Assembly: GCF_040383245.1 (NCBI RefSeq) | Contig: NZ_JBEIDX010000010.1 | Location: 4,387 to 68,386 of the forward strand | DNA: 64,000 bases | Direction of reading: 5' to 3' | Source: Flavobacterium sp. | Lineage (GTDB): Bacteria; Bacteroidota; Bacteroidia; Flavobacteriales; Flavobacteriaceae | Shown: positions 37,523 to 47,816 of the stretch, piece after piece | Layout of the letters: each line of letters opens with the position of its first letter | Position numbering within the stretch: position 1 is the first letter of the stretch | The notes under the pieces: model-generated | What the model was told of the DNA's origin: nothing | Databases searched by the model: none | What the model saw: the letters and a program-made list of their open reading frames with translations, nothing else | Made by a program: the position numbers and the translations under genes

Positions 37523-39631
37523 ATGTCTAATCAGCTGCTTCTAACTCCTATAGAATACTTAAAAGGAATTGGACCTTCGCGCGGAGAATTGCTGCGCAAG
37601 GAACTCAATATCCATAAGTATGGCGATTTGATGAATTTGTTTCCCAATCGCTATATAGATCGTACGCGGTATTATAAAATTAATGAACTTCAAAATACCA
37701 CTGCCGAAGTTCAAGTAGTTGGTAAAATAATACATGTTAAAACGGTGGAGTTTGGTAAAAACCAAAAACGATTGGTAGCCACCTATACCGATGATACCGC
37801 CCAAATGGAACTCACCTGGTTTCAAGGGATCAAATGGATTCGGGAAAGTTTGAAGCTGAATGAAGTGTATGTGATTTTTGGAAAAACCTCCAATTATGGC
37901 GGGCAATTTTCTATGGCGCATCCCGAAATGGAATTGCTGGAAGAGCACAAAGCCAGTTTGCGAAGTGCCATGCAACCGGTGTATCCAAGCACCGAGAAAT
38001 TAACCCAGCGCGGCATTACCAATAAGGTTATCAACAAGGCCATGCAGCAATTGTTTCTGGAAGTGAAAGGGCAGTTTATTGAAACCTTACCCAATTATCT
38101 GCTGGAACAGTTGCAACTCATTTCAAAAAATGAGGCCATGTTTAACATTCATTTCCCTAAAAGTCAGGACCTTTTGGCGAAAGCCCAATTCCGATTGAAA
38201 TTTGAAGAATTGTTTTTCATTCAGTTGCAATTAATCACCAAAAATCTCATCCGAAAACATAAAATTAAAGGGCATTTATTTGATAAAGTAGGTACTAATT
38301 TCACCGATTTTTATTCCAATCATTTGCCATTTGAATTGACCAACGCCCAAAAACGCGTTATCAAAGAAATACGAAACGATATGGGTAGCAATGCCCAAAT
38401 GAATCGGTTACTGCAAGGCGATGTGGGATCAGGCAAAACGATTGTGGCCTTGATGTGCATGCTTTTGGCAAAAGACAATGGGTTTCAAAGTTGCTTAATG
38501 GCACCAACCGAAATTTTAGCCAACCAACATTTTATCGGCTTGACCGAACTTGCCCAAGATTTAAACATAAGTATAAAACTCCTTACCGGATCAACTCCGG
38601 TTTCCGAGCGAAGAATTATTCACGAAGCTCTAGAAAACGGGACTTTAGATATTCTTATCGGAACACATGCATTGCTGGAAGATAAAGTAAAATTTCATAA
38701 TTTGGGATTGGCCGTTATTGATGAGCAACACCGATTTGGTGTGGAGCAACGCTCTAAATTATGGCATAAAAACGATATTCCCCCGCATGTGTTAGTCATG
38801 ACGGCAACACCAATTCCGAGAACCTTAGCAATGAGTTTGTATGGCGATTTGGATATTTCGGTGATAGATGAATTGCCTCCGGGAAGAAAAGCCATTCAAA
38901 CGGTGCATCGCTATGACTCCAACCGATTGAAAGTATGGAAATTCCTTAAAGATGAAATCGCCAAAGGCCGTCAAGTGTATATTGTTTATCCATTAATAAA
39001 CGAAAGTGCCACCCAAGATTATAAAGATCTAATGGACGGTTACGAGAGTATTTCAAGAGATTTTCCGTTACCGCAATACAGTATTTCTATTGTGCACGGT
39101 CAAATGAAACCCGCCGAAAAAGAAGCCGAAATGCAACGTTTTGTTTCCGGAAAAACTAATATAATGGTAGCAACCACCGTGATTGAGGTAGGGGTGAATG
39201 TACCCAATGCGAGTGTGATGGTGATTGAAAGTACCGAGCGATTTGGGTTGTCTCAATTGCATCAATTGCGCGGAAGGGTAGGTCGTGGCGCCGAACAAAG
39301 TTATTGCATTTTAATGACGGGATTTAAATTGGGTAACGACAGCAAAACCCGAATTGAAACAATGTGTAAAACCAACGACGGATTTGAAATAGCCGAAGTT
39401 GATTTGAAACTGCGTGGTCCGGGTGATATTATGGGCAAACAACAAAGTGGTGTTTTGAATTTGCAAATTGCTGATTTGGTAAAAGATAGAGCTATTTTAA
39501 TGTTGGCTAGAGAACATGCTCTAAAATTGTTAAAAGACGATGCGGCTATGGCCAAACCCGAGCACCAAAAAATGAAAGCCATTTTCATGGAAATGAGCGC
39601 CAAGAAAAACATTTGGAATTACATTAGCTAA
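37523..39631 (+). CDS. recG: ATP-dependent DNA helicase RecG
   Basis: Wedge/OB N-domain, Walker A GDVGSGKT, DEQH box VIDEQHRFG, QLHQLRGRVGRG. Confidence 0.96.
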   Translation: MSNQLLLTPIEYLKGIGPSRGELLRKELNIHKYGDLMNLFPNRYIDRTRYYKINELQNTTAEVQVVGKIIHVKTVEFGKNQKRLVATYTDDTAQMELTWFQGIKWIRESLKLNEVYVIFGKTSNYGGQFSMAHPEMELLEEHKASLRSAMQPVYPSTEKLTQRGITNKVINKAMQQLFLEVKGQFIETLPNYLLEQLQLISKNEAMFNIHFPKSQDLLAKAQFRLKFEELFFIQLQLITKNLIRKHKIKGHLFDKVGTNFTDFYSNHLPFELTNAQKRVIKEIRNDMGSNAQMNRLLQGDVGSGKTIVALMCMLLAKDNGFQSCLMAPTEILANQHFIGLTELAQDLNISIKLLTGSTPVSERRIIHEALENGTLDILIGTHALLEDKVKFHNLGLAVIDEQHRFGVEQRSKLWHKNDIPPHVLVMTATPIPRTLAMSLYGDLDISVIDELPPGRKAIQTVHRYDSNRLKVWKFLKDEIAKGRQVYIVYPLINESATQDYKDLMDGYESISRDFPLPQYSISIVHGQMKPAEKEAEMQRFVSGKTNIMVATTVIEVGVNVPNASVMVIESTERFGLSQLHQLRGRVGRGAEQSYCILMTGFKLGNDSKTRIETMCKTNDGFEIAEVDLKLRGPGDIMGKQQSGVLNLQIADLVKDRAILMLAREHALKLLKDDAAMAKPEHQKMKAIFMEMSAKKNIWNYIS

Positions 39632-39657
39632 CTGCTATTCCTCAATTTTAGTACTAA

Positions 39658-41748
39658 ATGAATAAACTGATTTTCTTTTTACTTCCTTTTTTTTCGCTTG
39701 CGCAGCAAATTAGCAAAGTTGATTTTATCAAATGTAACGCTCTGGTAGCTCCTCATTTTGAGAATAAAACAATAGATGGAACGATTACCTATCAATTCAA
39801 AGTGCTTTCAGAAATCGATTCCATTCGAATAGATGCCAAAAACATGTATTTTTCGAATGTGACTATCAATGGAAATCCGGTTAATTATAAAAACAACAAG
39901 AACGAATTGGTTTTATTTGAAGGCTATAAAAAAGGAACTAATGAAGTTTCCTTTTTATATAAAGCTATGCCTAAGCAAACCCTGTATTTTGTAGGAATTG
40001 GTGAAGGCCAACAAATCTGGACGCAAGGGCAGGGCAAGTATACGAGCCATTGGTTGCCGAGTTTTGATGATGTGAATGAGAAAGTTGTTTTTAACATTTC
40101 GGTAAATTACGATGCTAATTTTGCAGTGGTCTCCAATGGAATTTATAAAGGAAGGGATTCTAAACAAAATGGAATTCCAAATTTCAACAATTCCACTTGG
40201 AATTTTGAAATGAAAAAACCAATGGCTTCTTATTTGGTGATGTTGGCCATAGGAAAATTTGAACACCAAACGGAAACTTCCAAATCGGGAATTGCTATTG
40301 AAAACTATTATAAACCAGTTGACGCCGATAAATACCAATATACTTATAAAGAATCTAAAACCATTTTTGATTACCTCGAAAAAGAAATTGGGGTGAAGTA
40401 TCCTTGGAAAATTTACCGCCAAATTCCGGTTGAAGATTTTCTTTATGCCGGAATGGAGAATACAACTTCAACATTATTCGCTCAAGATTTTGTGGTGGAT
40501 GAATCGGGTTTTAACGATCGAAATTATATTAATGTGAGTGCCCACGAATTGGCGCACCAATGGTTTGGCGACATGGTAACGGCAAAATCTGGTAAGCACC
40601 ATTGGTTACAAGAAGGGTTTGCAACCTATTATGCCTTATTGGCTGAACGCGAAATTTTTGGCGAGGATTACTTTTATAATGCGCTATACCGAAATGCGTT
40701 ACAACTCCGAAAAGCGGCAAAGACGGATACGATTCCTATTCTAAATGAGAAGGCGAGTTCATTTTCGTTTTATCAAAAAGGAGCTTGGGCCTTGCATGTC
40801 ATTCGGGAAGCAATTGGGAAAGAAGCGTTTCAAAAAGCGGTAAAGAAATATTTAAAAAAGCACCAATTTAAAAATGTGGAAACGGCTGATTTCTTGAGTG
40901 AAATTGCTGCGGTTTCTGACTTTGATATTGTAAAATTTCAAAAAGAATGGCTTGAGGAGTATCGTTTTCAAACCGATCAAGCCAACGCGTTGTTAAAGAA
41001 AAATGAAAGCATCCGAATGCTATTTGAAATTCAAGCACAAAAAAGCAAATCCTTTAAAGACAAAGAACCCTTTTTCTCAGAGGTCATGAAATCGAATGCC
41101 TTTTATGGATTGAAAAAAGAAATTATAAATCAAATTGAAGCCGTTCCTTTTAATGAAAAAGAAGCATTGTTGCGATTAGCAATGCAAACCAATGAGGTGG
41201 AAGTGCGGCAATCGGTAGCGGAAACAGTTGCAACTATTCCGGGTTCCTTTTTAACCGAATACGAATCGTTATTGCTAGATAATTCTTATGATACAAAAGA
41301 AGTAGCTTTTGTGAATTTGTATAAAAATTATCCCGAAAAAAGAGCCAATTATTTGGAACTGGCTAAAAATTGGTTGGGTAAAAACGATAAAGGATTGCGA
41401 ATTTTATTTCTTTCGTATTACATAGATTTCAATTATTCCACTGCCAATTCAGCGCAATATTCACAGTATTTTTATGAGTTGTTGGAGTACACTTCGCCTA
41501 AGTTTGAAAGTAACGTTCGGCAAAATGCCTTTGAAAGTACGTTGTTTATGGAGCCCAAAAATAATAAAGTGCTAAAAAACTTAGTCAATGCAATGATTCA
41601 TCCTAAATGGCAATTGGTAAAGTATGCACGCGATACCATTCGTACTTTATTGAAAAAAGAAGGATATCGAGAATTATTTAGTTCCTATTTTAATGATTTG
41701 CCCGAACTAGAAAAAATTCAGTTGCAGCGTTTGTTGGATGAAAAGTAA
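39658..41748 (+). CDS. M1 family metallopeptidase (aminopeptidase N-like) with C-terminal helical repeats
   Basis: Signal peptide, GMEN exopeptidase motif, HELAHQWFGD...WLQEGFATY zinc site. Confidence 0.9.
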   Translation: MNKLIFFLLPFFSLAQQISKVDFIKCNALVAPHFENKTIDGTITYQFKVLSEIDSIRIDAKNMYFSNVTINGNPVNYKNNKNELVLFEGYKKGTNEVSFLYKAMPKQTLYFVGIGEGQQIWTQGQGKYTSHWLPSFDDVNEKVVFNISVNYDANFAVVSNGIYKGRDSKQNGIPNFNNSTWNFEMKKPMASYLVMLAIGKFEHQTETSKSGIAIENYYKPVDADKYQYTYKESKTIFDYLEKEIGVKYPWKIYRQIPVEDFLYAGMENTTSTLFAQDFVVDESGFNDRNYINVSAHELAHQWFGDMVTAKSGKHHWLQEGFATYYALLAEREIFGEDYFYNALYRNALQLRKAAKTDTIPILNEKASSFSFYQKGAWALHVIREAIGKEAFQKAVKKYLKKHQFKNVETADFLSEIAAVSDFDIVKFQKEWLEEYRFQTDQANALLKKNESIRMLFEIQAQKSKSFKDKEPFFSEVMKSNAFYGLKKEIINQIEAVPFNEKEALLRLAMQTNEVEVRQSVAETVATIPGSFLTEYESLLLDNSYDTKEVAFVNLYKNYPEKRANYLELAKNWLGKNDKGLRILFLSYYIDFNYSTANSAQYSQYFYELLEYTSPKFESNVRQNAFESTLFMEPKNNKVLKNLVNAMIHPKWQLVKYARDTIRTLLKKEGYRELFSSYFNDLPELEKIQLQRLLDEK

Positions 41749-41750
41749 TT

Positions 41751-42272
41751 TTACAAAAACTCTTTTACTTCTGATTTTAAGTATCCTAAAGCCAAATTAT
41801 TTACCGATTCTCCTTCTAGAGAATTAGTAATTATAGCTTCTCTTAATTCTTTGGAGTTGGTATTAGCTGCGTCTAAAGTTGCTTTTCTAATATTTTGAAT
41901 GGTGGTGTTTTTTGCAGAAATGAGCATTGTCCAACATTCATCCGAAACATAAATTTGTTGGGTTAAATTGTGATCAAATTCTTGTTCGATATTTTGAATA
42001 AGTAAATTTTGATATGCTAATTTGTCCTCTGAAAGTGGCGCAATTCGCAATACTAATTTTGTTGAATTGATGCGTTCTAATAAAAGTGACAATCTTTCAT
42101 ACGCCTGAAGTTTTATTGGTAACGCTTGTTTTTGGTTTTCTTTTTGAAGTGCAAAACGTCTTTTATTGTCTTCGTTTTGCGTATGCATTTGAAAAAAATA
42201 ATAAGCTACAGCTCCAGTTATTAAAGCAGGAAGTGTGTAAAAAGCCAATTCAATAATTTTATCAGTATTCAT
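41751..42272 (-). CDS. hypothetical membrane-anchored helical protein (173 aa)
   Basis: One N-terminal TM helix followed by a helical soluble part; no motif I recognise. Confidence 0.55.
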   Translation of the reverse strand: MNTDKIIELAFYTLPALITGAVAYYFFQMHTQNEDNKRRFALQKENQKQALPIKLQAYERLSLLLERINSTKLVLRIAPLSEDKLAYQNLLIQNIEQEFDHNLTQQIYVSDECWTMLISAKNTTIQNIRKATLDAANTNSKELREAIITNSLEGESVNNLALGYLKSEVKEFL

Positions 42273-42360
42273 TTTTTATTTGTATATTAATTGTTGACAA
42301 ATATAAAGAATTAACCTTAAAAATATATTGTAATTAAGGAGTAGTAAGCTTAAATTTGAA

Positions 42361-42368
42361 GATTCAAA
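42361..42368 (+). promoter_or_regulatory. -7 box TAaaTTTG for uvrD (very short leader)
   Basis: taaatttg ends 9 nt before ATG 42378. Confidence 0.45.
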
Positions 42369-42377
42369 AAAGTTAGA

Positions 42378-44711
42378 ATGCAAAAATATATTAATCAGCT
42401 TAATGAGGCGCAGCAAGAACCGGTTTTACAAAAAGACGGTCCGATGATTATTATTGCGGGTGCAGGATCAGGTAAAACCCGGGTGCTTACCATGCGTATT
42501 GCTTATTTAATGAGTTTGGGCGTAGATGCGTTTAATATTTTGGCATTGACTTTTACCAACAAAGCGGCGCGCGAAATGAAAAAGCGTATTTCCGATATTG
42601 TGGGTTCTAACGACGCCAAGAACTTATGGATGGGAACATTTCACTCTGTTTTTGCACGAATTCTACGAAGTGAAGCCGATAAGTTGGGTTTTCCTTCCAA
42701 TTTTACTATTTATGACACCCAAGATTCGGTGCGTTGTATATTTGGAATTATCAAAGAAATGCAATTGGATAAAGATGTTTACAAACCCAAACAAGTTTTA
42801 AGCAGGATTTCCTCTTACAAAAATTCCTTGATAACGGTAAAAGCGTACATGAATAATCCCGAGTTGCAGGAGCAAGATGCCATGTCAAAAAAGCCGCGAT
42901 TGGGCGAGATTTATGCTAATTATGTAGACCGTTGTTTTAAATCGGGGGCAATGGATTTTGATGATTTATTATTGAAAACCAACGAATTGCTGAACCGATT
43001 TCCTGATGTTTTAGCAAAATACCAAGACCGTTTTAGATACATTATGGTGGATGAGTACCAAGATACCAACCATTCGCAATATTTAATTGTTAGAGCTTTG
43101 TCTGATCGATTTCAAAATATATGTGTTGTTGGAGATGACGCGCAAAGTATCTATGCTTTTCGTGGTGCGAACATCAATAATATTTTGAATTTCCAAAAAG
43201 ATTATGATAATGTAAAAATGTATCGATTGGAGCAAAACTACCGTTCTACCAAGAATATTGTAGAAGCAGCCAATTCGATTATTGATAAAAACAAAGTCAA
43301 GCTGGACAAAGTGGTTTGGACGGCTAATGATAATGGTCCCAAAATCAAAGTCCACCGCAGTGTAACCGATGGTGAAGAAGGACGTTTTGTTGCCGGGGAG
43401 ATATTTGAACAAAAAATGCGGAACCAAATGCACAATGGCCAATTTGCCATTTTGTACCGTACCAATGCGCAATCACGTGCTATGGAAGATGCCTTGCGCA
43501 AGCGCGATATTCCGTATCGAATTTATGGTGGTTTGTCATTTTACCAAAGAAAAGAGGTAAAAGATATTTTGTGCTATTTGCGATTGGTGATAAATCCTAA
43601 AGATGAAGAAGCACTTGTTCGAGTGATTAATTATCCTGCTCGAGGAATTGGGGATACTACCGTTGAGAAACTAACGGTAGCGGCCAATCATTACAAGCGT
43701 TCTATATTTGAAGTAATGGAGCATATTGATAAAATCGATTTGAAATTAAACTCGGGTACCAAAGCCAAATTGCAGGATTTTGTTACCATGATTAAGAGCT
43801 TTCAAGTGATTAATGAAACGCAAGATGCCTTGTTTTTAACGGATCATGTAACTAAGAAAACCGGATTTATTCAGGAGTTGAAAAAAGACGGTACACCAGA
43901 AGGAATTGCTCGAATTGAAAATATTGAGGTATTACTGGGTGGTATTAAAGATTTTATTGAAGGGCAAAAAGAAATTGATGGCGCTCGAGGTGCATTATCC
44001 GAATTTTTGGAAGATGTTGCCTTGGCAACCGATTTAGATAACGATACCGGAGATGACGACCGTGTGGCATTAATGACCATTCACCTTGCGAAAGGATTGG
44101 AGTTTCCTTATGTTTTTATTGTGGGAATGGAGGAAGATTTATTTCCGAGTGCCATGAGTTTAAACACCCGAAGCGAACTTGAAGAAGAGCGCCGATTGTT
44201 TTATGTAGCCTTAACTCGAGCCGAGCATCAGGCGTATTTAACCTATGCGCAGTCGCGTTACCGCTGGGGTAAACTTACAGATAGCGAGCCTTCTCGTTTC
44301 ATTGAAGAAATTAAAGAGGATTATTTGGAATATATAAATCCTGCTGATGCAGGAGGGTATCGCTATAAACCAATGATGGATATTGATATTTTTGGCGACA
44401 TTGATAAATCAAAGTTGCGTTTAGCAAAACCTGTTGCAGGAACGCCGCCCAAAAAATATGGCGATGAGCCAACTCCAGCTTCTGCAATTCGAAAATTAAA
44501 ACCAATTGGAAAAGAAAATGCAGGGTCGAATTCGAATCTGTTTGATAATAAATTGGTTGTTGGAAACATTGTAATGCACGAACGCTTTGGAAAAGGAGAA
44601 ATCATCAACCTGGAAGGAGTAGGTGCCGATAAAAAAGCAGAAATCCGATTTGAAGTGGGAGGAATCAAGAAATTATTATTGCGTTTCGCCAAACTCGACG
44701 TGATTGGATAA
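42378..44711 (+). CDS. uvrD: UvrD/PcrA family ATP-dependent DNA helicase
   Basis: AGAGSGKT, DEYQDTN, YRS, VALMTIHLAKGLEFP, and a C-terminal Tudor-like tail. Confidence 0.93.
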   Translation: MQKYINQLNEAQQEPVLQKDGPMIIIAGAGSGKTRVLTMRIAYLMSLGVDAFNILALTFTNKAAREMKKRISDIVGSNDAKNLWMGTFHSVFARILRSEADKLGFPSNFTIYDTQDSVRCIFGIIKEMQLDKDVYKPKQVLSRISSYKNSLITVKAYMNNPELQEQDAMSKKPRLGEIYANYVDRCFKSGAMDFDDLLLKTNELLNRFPDVLAKYQDRFRYIMVDEYQDTNHSQYLIVRALSDRFQNICVVGDDAQSIYAFRGANINNILNFQKDYDNVKMYRLEQNYRSTKNIVEAANSIIDKNKVKLDKVVWTANDNGPKIKVHRSVTDGEEGRFVAGEIFEQKMRNQMHNGQFAILYRTNAQSRAMEDALRKRDIPYRIYGGLSFYQRKEVKDILCYLRLVINPKDEEALVRVINYPARGIGDTTVEKLTVAANHYKRSIFEVMEHIDKIDLKLNSGTKAKLQDFVTMIKSFQVINETQDALFLTDHVTKKTGFIQELKKDGTPEGIARIENIEVLLGGIKDFIEGQKEIDGARGALSEFLEDVALATDLDNDTGDDDRVALMTIHLAKGLEFPYVFIVGMEEDLFPSAMSLNTRSELEEERRLFYVALTRAEHQAYLTYAQSRYRWGKLTDSEPSRFIEEIKEDYLEYINPADAGGYRYKPMMDIDIFGDIDKSKLRLAKPVAGTPPKKYGDEPTPASAIRKLKPIGKENAGSNSNLFDNKLVVGNIVMHERFGKGEIINLEGVGADKKAEIRFEVGGIKKLLLRFAKLDVIG

Positions 44712-44756
44712 TAGTTTCAAAAGGTAAATTTTAACCTTAAACTTTAAACTAAAAAA

Positions 44757-45377
44757 ATGGCCCAACTATTAAAAATATACGAAGACAATCCCAATGAAGC
44801 TGCAATTAAAAAAGTAGTGGAGGTATTGAAAAATGGTGGGTTGATAATTTATCCTACCGATACGGTTTATGGCTTGGGTTGTGATATTACCAATGTGAAA
44901 GCGGTTGAAAAAGTAGCCAAAATAAAAGGAATCAAATTAGAAAAAGCTAATCTTTCGTTTATTTGCTCCGACTTGAGTCATATCTCCGATTATGTAAAAC
45001 AAATCGACACCGCTACATTTAAATTACTTAAAAGAGCTTTGCCTGGTCCGTATACTTTTATTCTTCCGGGGAATTCTAATCTTCCTAAAGTGTTTAAAAA
45101 CAAGAAAACTGTCGGAATTAGAGTTCCAGATAATAATATTATCCGTGCTATTGTTAAAGAATTAGGGAATCCGATTATTTCCACTTCTATTCATGATGAA
45201 GATGAGGTTTTGGAATATTCTACCGATCCCGAATTGATTTTTGAAAAATGGCAAAACCAAATCGAATTGGTTATTGATGGTGGTTATGGCGATAATGTTC
45301 CATCTACAATTATTGATTTATCTGGGAATGAACCAGAAGTTATCCGAGAAGGAAAAGGTGATTTAGCTATTTTATAG
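44757..45377 (+). CDS. tsaC: L-threonylcarbamoyladenylate synthase (YrdC/TsaC type)
   Basis: [29 protein letters not shown] motifs of the Sua5/YrdC fold. Confidence 0.9.
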   Translation: MAQLLKIYEDNPNEAAIKKVVEVLKNGGLIIYPTDTVYGLGCDITNVKAVEKVAKIKGIKLEKANLSFICSDLSHISDYVKQIDTATFKLLKRALPGPYTFILPGNSNLPKVFKNKKTVGIRVPDNNIIRAIVKELGNPIISTSIHDEDEVLEYSTDPELIFEKWQNQIELVIDGGYGDNVPSTIIDLSGNEPEVIREGKGDLAIL

Positions 45378-45380
45378 CAT

Positions 45381-45412
45381 AAAAAAAACCTTGAGAAATC
45401 AAGGTTTTTTTT
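45381..45412. terminator. bidirectional terminator between tsaC and the OmpA-family gene
   Basis: aaccttga gaaa tcaaggtt hairpin flanked by A8 and T8. Confidence 0.85.
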
Positions 45413-45427
45413 ATTTGAATTACAATG

Positions 45428-46258
45428 TTATTGTTTTTTCATTTCTTTTTCGATCATTTCGTAGAACTCATCAATTTTTGGTAAAACTACAATTCGTGTT
45501 CTTCTGTTTGTTGCACGATTTTCAGCAGTTTTATTTTCTACTAACGGAATGAATTCTCCTCGACCTGCAGCAATTAATTGCGATGGTTTAACACCTAAGT
45601 CTTTAGTTAACACTCTTACAATTGCAGTAGATCTTTTCACACTTAAATCCCAGTTGTCAATTAAAACCGAGTTTCCTGTAAACGGAACATTGTCTGTGTG
45701 ACCTTCAACCATGCACTCAAAAGTTGGTTTGTCGTTAATTACTTTAGCAACTTTCGCCAATACATCTTTAGCTTTATCGCTCACAACATAACTTCCGCTT
45801 TTGAATAATAATTTATCAGCAATAGAAATAAATACTACTCCTTTTTCAACGTTTATATTAATGTCTGGATCAGAAATTCCAACCGAACCTTTTAAACTAG
45901 TAACTAAAGCAAGTGTTACGCTATCTTTTCTAGTTAATGCATCTTGCATTCTAGAAATTTTCAGGTCTTTTTCTTTAATTGTTTCTAATGCTTTTTCTAT
46001 GTTTTGAGCACCTTGTTTAGTTAACGTAGTCATGTTACCTACATTGTTAATTAACTCAGTGTTATTTTTCTTTAAGTATTCATTTTGCTGACTTAATGAC
46101 TCTTTTTCAGTAAGACACAAATTAAGTTTTACAGTAGTTGAGTTCAATAAATCTTTACACTCTTTGTTTTGTTTTTCTAATTCGGCTATTTTCTTTTTAG
46201 TTCCGCAAGAAGTTAAAGTTAACCCTGCAAATAAAATTAAATAAAGTGCTTTTCTCAT
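45428..46258 (-). CDS. OmpA family lipoprotein with coiled-coil N-region
   Basis: Lipobox LTSC, coiled coil, OmpA_C motif (GHTDNVP...NWDLSVKRS...NRRTRIV). Confidence 0.9.
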   Translation of the reverse strand: MRKALYLILFAGLTLTSCGTKKKIAELEKQNKECKDLLNSTTVKLNLCLTEKESLSQQNEYLKKNNTELINNVGNMTTLTKQGAQNIEKALETIKEKDLKISRMQDALTRKDSVTLALVTSLKGSVGISDPDININVEKGVVFISIADKLLFKSGSYVVSDKAKDVLAKVAKVINDKPTFECMVEGHTDNVPFTGNSVLIDNWDLSVKRSTAIVRVLTKDLGVKPSQLIAAGRGEFIPLVENKTAENRATNRRTRIVVLPKIDEFYEMIEKEMKKQ

Positions 46259-46342
46259 GGTGATATTTTTTTTACAATTACAAAATTACAAATTCTTGTG
46301 GTTATATTCTGAATAATAACCTAATTTATTGTTAACGAAGTG

Positions 46343-47329
46343 TTAGAAATACTGTTTTTTGGAAACAAAGTAATTAAATACAATGCTTTTCGTGTGAAAA
46401 TAGTTTTCCTTTTGTATGGTCCCTCGTTTTTTTAAGGTGTAGTTTATTAAATGATAGAAGTAGAAATGGGCTTTTAGGATAGCAAAGCAATGGGCAAATT
46501 TCCCTTTAAAAATAAACTGAACTCCGGCAATTCCATCCAAAGTCAAACGCATGAATAGGATAGGTACCAATTGGTTGCTTGGCAAATTCTTCAACAACAT
46601 CAATAAAGAATTTCTATAATTTAAAAATGTTTTTTTAGGATTCGATTGATTCAAAGTTGCCCCTCCAACATGATACACGACTGATTTACTCGTATATTTT
46701 GCTGAGTATCCCAAATTAAAAGCGCGCCAACACAAATCGATTTCTTCTTGGTGTGCAAAGAAATCAGGGTCAAAGCCATTTAGTTTTCTAAAAATTTCTT
46801 TTCGGATAAAAAAACACGCGCCACTTGCCCAAAATATTTCAGTTTCATCGTCGTATTGGTGGTTGTCTTTTTCAATGGTATCAAATATTCTCCCACGGCA
46901 ATACGGATAGCCATAACTGTCAATATAACCTCCGGCAGCTCCTGCGTATTCAAAGTAATCTTTGTTTTTGTAATCTAAAATTTTGGGTTGGATGATTCCG
47001 ATGATTGGTTCGTTATCAAAAAGAGATACGATTGGGCTAAGCCAATTTTCGGTAACTTCAATATCCGAATTTACTAGAGCATAATACGGTTCTTCAATAG
47101 TTTGCAGGGCAACATTATAGCCCATTGCAAACCCAAAATTTCCTTCATTTTGAATTATTTTAACCGATGGAAATTGCTCCTTAATCACTGCAATCGAATT
47201 GTCGGTGGAAGCATTATCCGCCACATAAATGTTCGCTTCATCCGAATAAGCTACCACCGAAGGTAAAAATTGCTCTAGCAATTTAGCTCCGTTCCAATTT
47301 AAAATAACAACTGCAATTTTTTTATCCAT
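46343..47329 (-). CDS. family 2 glycosyltransferase
   Basis: IAVVILNWNG...VADNASTDNS...LVNSDIEV (DxD-like) typical of GT2. Confidence 0.88.
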   Translation of the reverse strand: MDKKIAVVILNWNGAKLLEQFLPSVVAYSDEANIYVADNASTDNSIAVIKEQFPSVKIIQNEGNFGFAMGYNVALQTIEEPYYALVNSDIEVTENWLSPIVSLFDNEPIIGIIQPKILDYKNKDYFEYAGAAGGYIDSYGYPYCRGRIFDTIEKDNHQYDDETEIFWASGACFFIRKEIFRKLNGFDPDFFAHQEEIDLCWRAFNLGYSAKYTSKSVVYHVGGATLNQSNPKKTFLNYRNSLLMLLKNLPSNQLVPILFMRLTLDGIAGVQFIFKGKFAHCFAILKAHFYFYHLINYTLKKRGTIQKENYFHTKSIVFNYFVSKKQYF

Positions 47330-47334
47330 TGAAT

Positions 47335-47781
47335 CTATTCTCCAAAATTTGGTAATTCTTCGAGAAAAACATATTTCTCGTTTTCAAAATCTATTTTGCA
47401 AAAGTAATGATTTAGTCCGTTGCTTACCATTAAGTATTTTGCATTTAAAACTAAATTATAACGCGCAATCTGATCAAATGTTTGCTGCGTTATTTTTACT
47501 TCGGGCGCTTTGCATTCAATTAGTAAAAACAATTCACCGTTGGGTTGGTAAACCACAATGTCGTAGCGTTTATTTAATTCGTTGACTTTTATTAATTTTT
47601 CAATATTGATGTACGATTTTGGATAATTTTTATCCTGAAGTAAATACTGCACTACATGTTGACGCACCCATTCTTCGGGAGTAAGAAGAATAAATTTTTT
47701 ACGAATTTCATCGAAGATGGCAATTTTATTTTCACTATTTTTGAAGCGAAACGAATACGATGGAAATTGTAGTTTTTGCAT
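47335..47781 (-). CDS. stand-alone HsdR-N-terminal-like (PD-(D/E)xK) domain protein
   Basis: RYDIVVY...LLIECKAP core resembles the type I restriction enzyme R-protein N-terminal nuclease fold. No hsdM or hsdS nearby. Confidence 0.75.
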   Translation of the reverse strand: MQKLQFPSYSFRFKNSENKIAIFDEIRKKFILLTPEEWVRQHVVQYLLQDKNYPKSYINIEKLIKVNELNKRYDIVVYQPNGELFLLIECKAPEVKITQQTFDQIARYNLVLNAKYLMVSNGLNHYFCKIDFENEKYVFLEELPNFGE

Positions 47782-47785
47782 AATG

Positions 47786-47793
47786 CAAAAGTA
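47786..47793 (-). promoter_or_regulatory. -7 box TActTTTG 4 nt upstream of the HsdR_N-like ATG (leaderless mRNA predicted)
   Basis: The minus strand reads tacttttgcattATG. Confidence 0.4.
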
Positions 47794-47816
47794 AGAATTT
47801 TAGAGAACAGATAAAA

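Noticed and set aside
37559-39612. Several 66-138-aa ORFs overlapping recG on both strands
   Set aside because: These are shadow ORFs favoured by the locally higher GC of recG. No family resemblance, and all lie within a continuous RecG homology region.
39955-40422. 155-aa antisense ORF inside the M1 peptidase gene (long for an AT-rich genome)
   Set aside because: The translation is Phe/Ile/Arg-rich with no recognisable fold, and there is no promoter box or terminator. The sense frame carries the GMEN/HExxH region, so the peptidase frame is the real one. It could be revisited only if Ribo-seq showed antisense translation.
43083-43560. Overlapping ORFs (129, 87 and 63 aa) within uvrD
   Set aside because: They are embedded in conserved UvrD helicase motifs and have no independent evidence.
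47335-47781. HsdR-N-like protein as part of a restriction-modification or other defence system
   Set aside because: There is no methyltransferase, specificity subunit, helicase/translocase module or other defence gene nearby. The flanking genes are holA and a GT2.
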